Source of the DNA: Betaproteobacteria bacterium | GTDB lineage: Bacteria > Pseudomonadota > Gammaproteobacteria > Burkholderiales > SG8-41 | NCBI GenBank assembly: GCA_947486575.1 | Contig: CANKUB010000004.1 | Location: 22,304-86,303, forward strand | DNA: 64,000 nt | Reading direction: 5' to 3' | Shown here: positions 60,091-64,000 of the stretch, piece by piece | Position numbering within the stretch: position 1 is the first letter of the stretch | How the letters are laid out: each line of letters begins with the position of its first letter | Notes under the pieces: model-generated | What the model saw: the letters and a program-made list of their open reading frames with translations, nothing else | The model's database searches: none | Told to the model about the DNA's origin: nothing | Position numbers and translations under genes: made by a program

Positions 60091-61029
60091 GTGGGTCGAT
60101 GGGCAGGCGCCGCTCCCGTGGGAGCGGCGCTGCGATTTTTGGCGGTGCTTGCGGTGGCGCTGTGGACCGCTGGCGCGGCCGGCCAGCAGCCCTTGCGGGT
60201 GGTGGCCACCACCACCGATCTGAAAAGCCTGATGGAAGCCGTCGGTGGCAACCGCGTGCAGGTGGTGAGCCTGGTGCCGCCGCAACTCGATGCCGAGGAC
60301 TACCAGCCCAAGCCGCAGGATGTGGCGCGGCTGCGCGACGCCGCCCTGCTGCTGCGCGTGGGTGCCGACTACGATTTGTGGGCCGACAAACTCGTGCGGC
60401 AAAGCGGCCGGCGCGAGCTGGCACGCGGCGGCGAGCGTTATGTCGATTGCTCGTTCAGCATTGCGCTGCTGGATGTGCGCGGCACCGAGGTCGGCGCCTC
60501 CGGCGGGCACGCGCATGGCAACGGTAACCCGCACTACTGGCTGGACCCCGCCAACGCCGAAATCATCACCGGCACGATGCTCGAAGCGCTGGCACGCGTG
60601 GATGCGCCCAACGCCAAATTTTACGAAGCCGGGCGCACTCAATTCTTGCAACGTCTGCGTGACAAAATGCGCGCGTGGGACCAAGCCGTTGCACCTGCGC
60701 AGGGCAAGCCGATGATCGCGTATCACAACACCTGGGCGTATTTCGCGCGCCGTTTCCGGCTGAATTTCGCCGCCACCATCGAGCCGCGTCCCGGTGTGCC
60801 GCCTACTCCGTCGCATCTGGCAGGGTTGAAAAATATCATTAAAAAACAAAATGTTATGGCCATCGTGCGGCAACCGAACGAGCCGCTGAAGCACGTGCAG
60901 TTTCTCGCCGGCAAGAGTGGCGCGAAGGTGCTGGTGCTGGCGGCCAGCGTGGGTGCGGTGCCCGAGGCCGGCGATTACCTGTCGCTGTTTGATTACAACA
61001 TCGGCGTGCTGGCGCAGGCGTTCAAGTAA
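60091..61029 (+). CDS. Metal (Zn/Mn-type) ABC transporter substrate-binding protein, ZnuA/TroA-like
   Basis: Signal peptide followed by LRVVATTTDLKSL and GNPHYWLDP motifs. The GTG start at 60091 is uncertain. Confidence 0.8.
   Translation: MGRWAGAAPVGAALRFLAVLAVALWTAGAAGQQPLRVVATTTDLKSLMEAVGGNRVQVVSLVPPQLDAEDYQPKPQDVARLRDAALLLRVGADYDLWADKLVRQSGRRELARGGERYVDCSFSIALLDVRGTEVGASGGHAHGNGNPHYWLDPANAEIITGTMLEALARVDAPNAKFYEAGRTQFLQRLRDKMRAWDQAVAPAQGKPMIAYHNTWAYFARRFRLNFAATIEPRPGVPPTPSHLAGLKNIIKKQNVMAIVRQPNEPLKHVQFLAGKSGAKVLVLAASVGAVPEAGDYLSLFDYNIGVLAQAFK
60837..60857 (+). repeat. AT-rich dispersed motif copy (1-nt insertion variant), intragenic (metal SBP)
   Basis: CATTAAAAAACAAAATGTTAT is preceded by AAAAATAT and encodes …KNIIKKQNVM…. 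Confidence 0.5.
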
Positions 61030-61040
61030 GCGTGGTCAAC

Positions 61041-62342
61041 ATGTCTGACGCCATCGCCCTGTTGTGGCTGCCGTTTTGCATCTCGGTGGCGCTGGTGGGC
61101 ATCCACACCGCGCTCGGGCTTCACGTGCTCCGGCGCAACATCATTTTTGTCGATCTCGCGTTGGCGCAGATCGCGGCACTCGGCGCCACGGTTGCCTTCA
61201 TGCTGGGGCATGCGGTCAACAGCAGCGGTTCGTACGCCTACTCGCTGCTGTTCACGCTGATCACGGCGATGGTGTTGGCGTCCACCCGCGCGTGGTCCGG
61301 GCGCATCTCGCAAGAGGCGCTGATCGGCGTGATCTATGTGGTGGCGGCTGCGGCGGCTTTCCTGCTGGTGGAAAAAGCGCCGCAGGGTACCGAGCACATC
61401 AAGCAGGTGCTGACCGGCAACATACTCACTGCGGGGCTGGACGAGCTGATGGTGGTGGCGCCCGTGTATGCGGTGATCGGCGCCGCGCTGTGGTTCGCAC
61501 GTGCGCGCCTCGCGCACCAGGCCAGCGGCGTGGCGGGCTGGTGGTGGGATTTCTTTTTTTATGCCTGCTTTGGCGTGGTGGTCACCAGCTCCGTTGCGCT
61601 GGCTGGTGTGCTGCTGGTGTTTGTGTTTTTGATTGTGCCCGCAGCCATCGGTCTGCTGTATGCCGATGGCGCTCGCTCGCTGGTCATTGGATGGGCTGTG
61701 GGCGTGGTGGCCAGCGTGGCTGGTCTTGCACTCTCCTATGCGTGGGATCTGCCCACCGGCAGCACCATGGTGTGCGTGTTCGGCGCTGTGCTGGCGGTGG
61801 CAGGTGCATTGCGGCCGCTGCTGCGCGGCAGGCAGGCACTTGCGCGCAGCGTTACGGTGCTGCGCGTCGTAATTACGGGCGTGCTGGTGTTATCGGGCAT
61901 TTGGCTGTGTGCATTGCCGCGTGCCGATCAACCGCTGTTGGACGTGGTGGAGCGCGTGGTGCCCGAAGCGCGCACACTGTATCTGACCGCTCAGGAACGC
62001 ACGATCCATGACGAAGCGGAGGCCTACGCCGAGCGCTACCGGCGGCAGGCCGAACAACTCAATGCGCGTGAAGCCGCCAGCCGCTGGCAGGGCGCGGCAC
62101 TGGACGATAACGAAGTGCGCCGTATCTCGTCGTTTCTCAAGTCCTACAACGAAATGCGCAAAGGAGAGGAATTCGTGCAGCGCGAGGTGCGCAGCCGCGC
62201 GCGAACGCGCAACCGGTGGGTGCTGGGGCTGGCACTCGTGTTATGCGGTGCGCTGATCGTACCGTGGCCGTGGTGGCGCTTGAGAGGGCGACAGCATACC
62301 GGTGACGGGCAGGAACGTGGACGAACAGCTGGCCTTGGCTAA
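61041..62342 (+). CDS. ABC-3 (ZnuB-like) metal transporter permease with a roughly 150 aa C-terminal extension
   Basis: The N-terminal ~280 aa is a typical ABC-3 permease. The extension carries an extra TM helix, a charged coiled-coil-like segment and a final TM helix. The start is ATG 61041 or GTG 61032. Confidence 0.7.
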   Translation: MSDAIALLWLPFCISVALVGIHTALGLHVLRRNIIFVDLALAQIAALGATVAFMLGHAVNSSGSYAYSLLFTLITAMVLASTRAWSGRISQEALIGVIYVVAAAAAFLLVEKAPQGTEHIKQVLTGNILTAGLDELMVVAPVYAVIGAALWFARARLAHQASGVAGWWWDFFFYACFGVVVTSSVALAGVLLVFVFLIVPAAIGLLYADGARSLVIGWAVGVVASVAGLALSYAWDLPTGSTMVCVFGAVLAVAGALRPLLRGRQALARSVTVLRVVITGVLVLSGIWLCALPRADQPLLDVVERVVPEARTLYLTAQERTIHDEAEAYAERYRRQAEQLNAREAASRWQGAALDDNEVRRISSFLKSYNEMRKGEEFVQREVRSRARTRNRWVLGLALVLCGALIVPWPWWRLRGRQHTGDGQERGRTAGLG

Positions 62343-62412
62343 AGCCTCACGGGCGGGCTGACGGTTGCCACCAGCCGCCGTACGGTGCAGAAACGGTGAT
62401 CCCCTGTTGGCA

Positions 62413-62958
62413 TCAAACCGCAGCTGGTTCGGGAATCGGTACGCGATGGAGCTTCATGCCCATCGACACTGCGCTGTAGTAGCCCAGCAACCCGACCACT
62501 TCGGCAATGCCGTTGCGCCCCAACAGCTTCTCTGCGCGCTCGAACACTTCGTCCGAGCCGCCGCCGGGCGCCATGGAGATAACAGCAAGATCGTAAATCG
62601 ACCGCTCGCGGTCGTTGTCAAACGTCGGCGTTTGCCCGGCGCGCATGGCATCGAACACAGCCGGTTTGTAGCCAAGCTCAAGGCAGCGCTTGACATGCGC
62701 CGCCCAGACATACTCGCCGCGCCAGTGGTTGGCGATGATGCAAATGATAAGCTCGACTTCGCGCTCGCTGAGGGAACCTGCCTTGTTAAGAAACGTGCCA
62801 ATGGTTTCCATAGCCGCCGCCAGTTTCGGCGAATGGATCCAGATCTTGTACGGCGCGAGCAATCGGCCCCGCCCGGCCACCAGATCCGCAAACACTTTCT
62901 TCTGCGCATCCGTCATTTCGTTTTCGGGTATTTCCTTGACGCGATTTGTTTCCGCCAT
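62413..62958 (-). CDS. Carboxymuconolactone decarboxylase (AhpD-like) family protein
   Basis: ATG at 62958. The CMD-family helical core carries …ELIICIIANHWRGEYVWAAH…. Confidence 0.7.
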   Translation of the reverse strand: MAETNRVKEIPENEMTDAQKKVFADLVAGRGRLLAPYKIWIHSPKLAAAMETIGTFLNKAGSLSEREVELIICIIANHWRGEYVWAAHVKRCLELGYKPAVFDAMRAGQTPTFDNDRERSIYDLAVISMAPGGGSDEVFERAEKLLGRNGIAEVVGLLGYYSAVSMGMKLHRVPIPEPAAV

Positions 62959-63291
62959 GATGCCTGCCTTTTCATTTTCAGGGGGGGGCGCGCACGGGTT
63001 CAAGTTTCATGCTGCGCTTTGGGTTGAACGATAGCACAGCGTGTTGAAGTTATCCCGGATACCGGTGAACCGGGTCGACGCGGCCAGCAAAGACGCTCCA
63101 CTGGCGTACCTGGCGTTGCCGCAATTTTGACACCGTATCGTGGCAGGCGGTGTAGCATTGCCAACCTCAATGCCCTGAGCGCCTGACACCATGAACCGTG
63201 CGGACGCTCACGGTTCGACACGCCCGCCGCGCATCGGTTCGGGCGAAACAGGCAATGCACGTCGCGCGGACGGCAACAACAACGGGAGAAA

Positions 63292-64000
63292 ATGGAAATG
63301 GATATGGGTCTAAAGGGTAAGTCGGTACTGGTCACTGGCGGCAACCGGGGCGTGGGCCTCGCCATCGCGCTCGCCTTCGCGGATGAAGGTGCGAACGTCG
63401 TCGTCTGCGGTCGCGACAAGGTGGCGCTCGCGGAGGCGGAAGCGAAGCTCCTGGCGAAGGGTATCAAGGCGAAGGCCGTCGCGGTTGATCTCTTCACGGC
63501 TGCGGGTTGCTCGGGCGCGGTGCAGGCGGCGGTGGACGCGTTTGGCGGGCTCGACATTCTGGTCAACAACGCGTCAACAGCGGTCAGCGGCAACATCGAG
63601 ACGCTCGACGACGAGGGGCTGATGGAACGGCTGCAAGGCAAAACGCTGGCCTATATGCGCTGCTGCCGCGCTGCGCTGCCACACCTGCGCAAGTCGTCGC
63701 GCGGGCGCGTGATTTGCATCGGGGGCTCCGCTGTGCGTCAGGCCGGTGCCACGGCGCTGCCCAGCGCGCTCGGTAACTCGTCCATTGTTGCCTTCGTCAA
63801 GCAGTTCAGCACCACGGTGGCCGCCCAGGGCATTACGGCGAACACCGTCCATCCGCCTTTCACCAAGACTGACCGTTATCCGAAACGCCTCGCCGCGCGC
63901 GCTAAGGAGCTGGGCGTGAGCGAAGCGCAAGCCGAGGCGAGCTTTGTCAAGCAGTTTCCGATAGGCCGTCTTGTCGAGCCCTCGGACATCGCGCCGATGG
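63292..64000 (+). CDS. Short-chain dehydrogenase/reductase, 3' end outside the window
   Basis: Not in the ORF track because no stop is reached. VLVTGGNRGVGLAIA Rossmann motif, and NNAS stands in place of the canonical NNAG. The start is ATG 63292, 63298 or 63304. Confidence 0.8.
   Translation, partial: MEMDMGLKGKSVLVTGGNRGVGLAIALAFADEGANVVVCGRDKVALAEAEAKLLAKGIKAKAVAVDLFTAAGCSGAVQAAVDAFGGLDILVNNASTAVSGNIETLDDEGLMERLQGKTLAYMRCCRAALPHLRKSSRGRVICIGGSAVRQAGATALPSALGNSSIVAFVKQFSTTVAAQGITANTVHPPFTKTDRYPKRLAARAKELGVSEAQAEASFVKQFPIGRLVEPSDIAPM

Overview
The window looks like a betaproteobacterial, probably Burkholderiales-like, chromosome segment with high GC. That placement is inferred from seven Bug/TctC-family periplasmic binding proteins and the dcw gene order. 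Bases 1-39.4 kb are core genome. They carry a Kef-type antiporter 3' end, a type IV pilin-like gene, a polytopic histidine kinase, mutY, asmA, tRNA-Gly(CCC), a PilZ-like protein and thiS-thiG. They also carry trmB, a PAS/GGDEF/EAL protein, hemW-rdgB-rph, yicC, pyrC, RNase P RNA and a complete dcw cluster (mraZ through ftsZ). Bases 39.5-64 kb are accessory-looking. They hold Bug-linked catabolic modules: a PQQ dehydrogenase, two TauD-like dioxygenases with an HpcH aldolase, and a secreted acetamidase/formamidase with a Znu-like transporter that has no ATPase gene. They also hold small lower-GC islets: a PTP-like phosphatase, an AAA-ATPase fragment, a HEPN/MNT pair, and a GNAT / zinc-ribbon / small-protein islet. 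No CRISPR array, rRNA, transposase or integrase was seen. The most unusual signal is not a gene. It is a non-palindromic, very AT-rich 20-27 nt motif (consensus about ATATCAATAAAAACAAATAGTTACGG) with at least 20 recognisable copies, roughly one per 3 kb. Copies sit in intergenic DNA, overlap stop codons, and are written in-frame into conserved essential genes (murF, murD, murG, murB, pyrC). I do not recognise it as any described repeat family. Uptake-signal-like, chromosome-polarity or protein-binding roles are hypotheses only. CDS ends come from the ORF track. Several starts were re-picked by hand from RBS, overlap or homology logic and are uncertain by a few codons.
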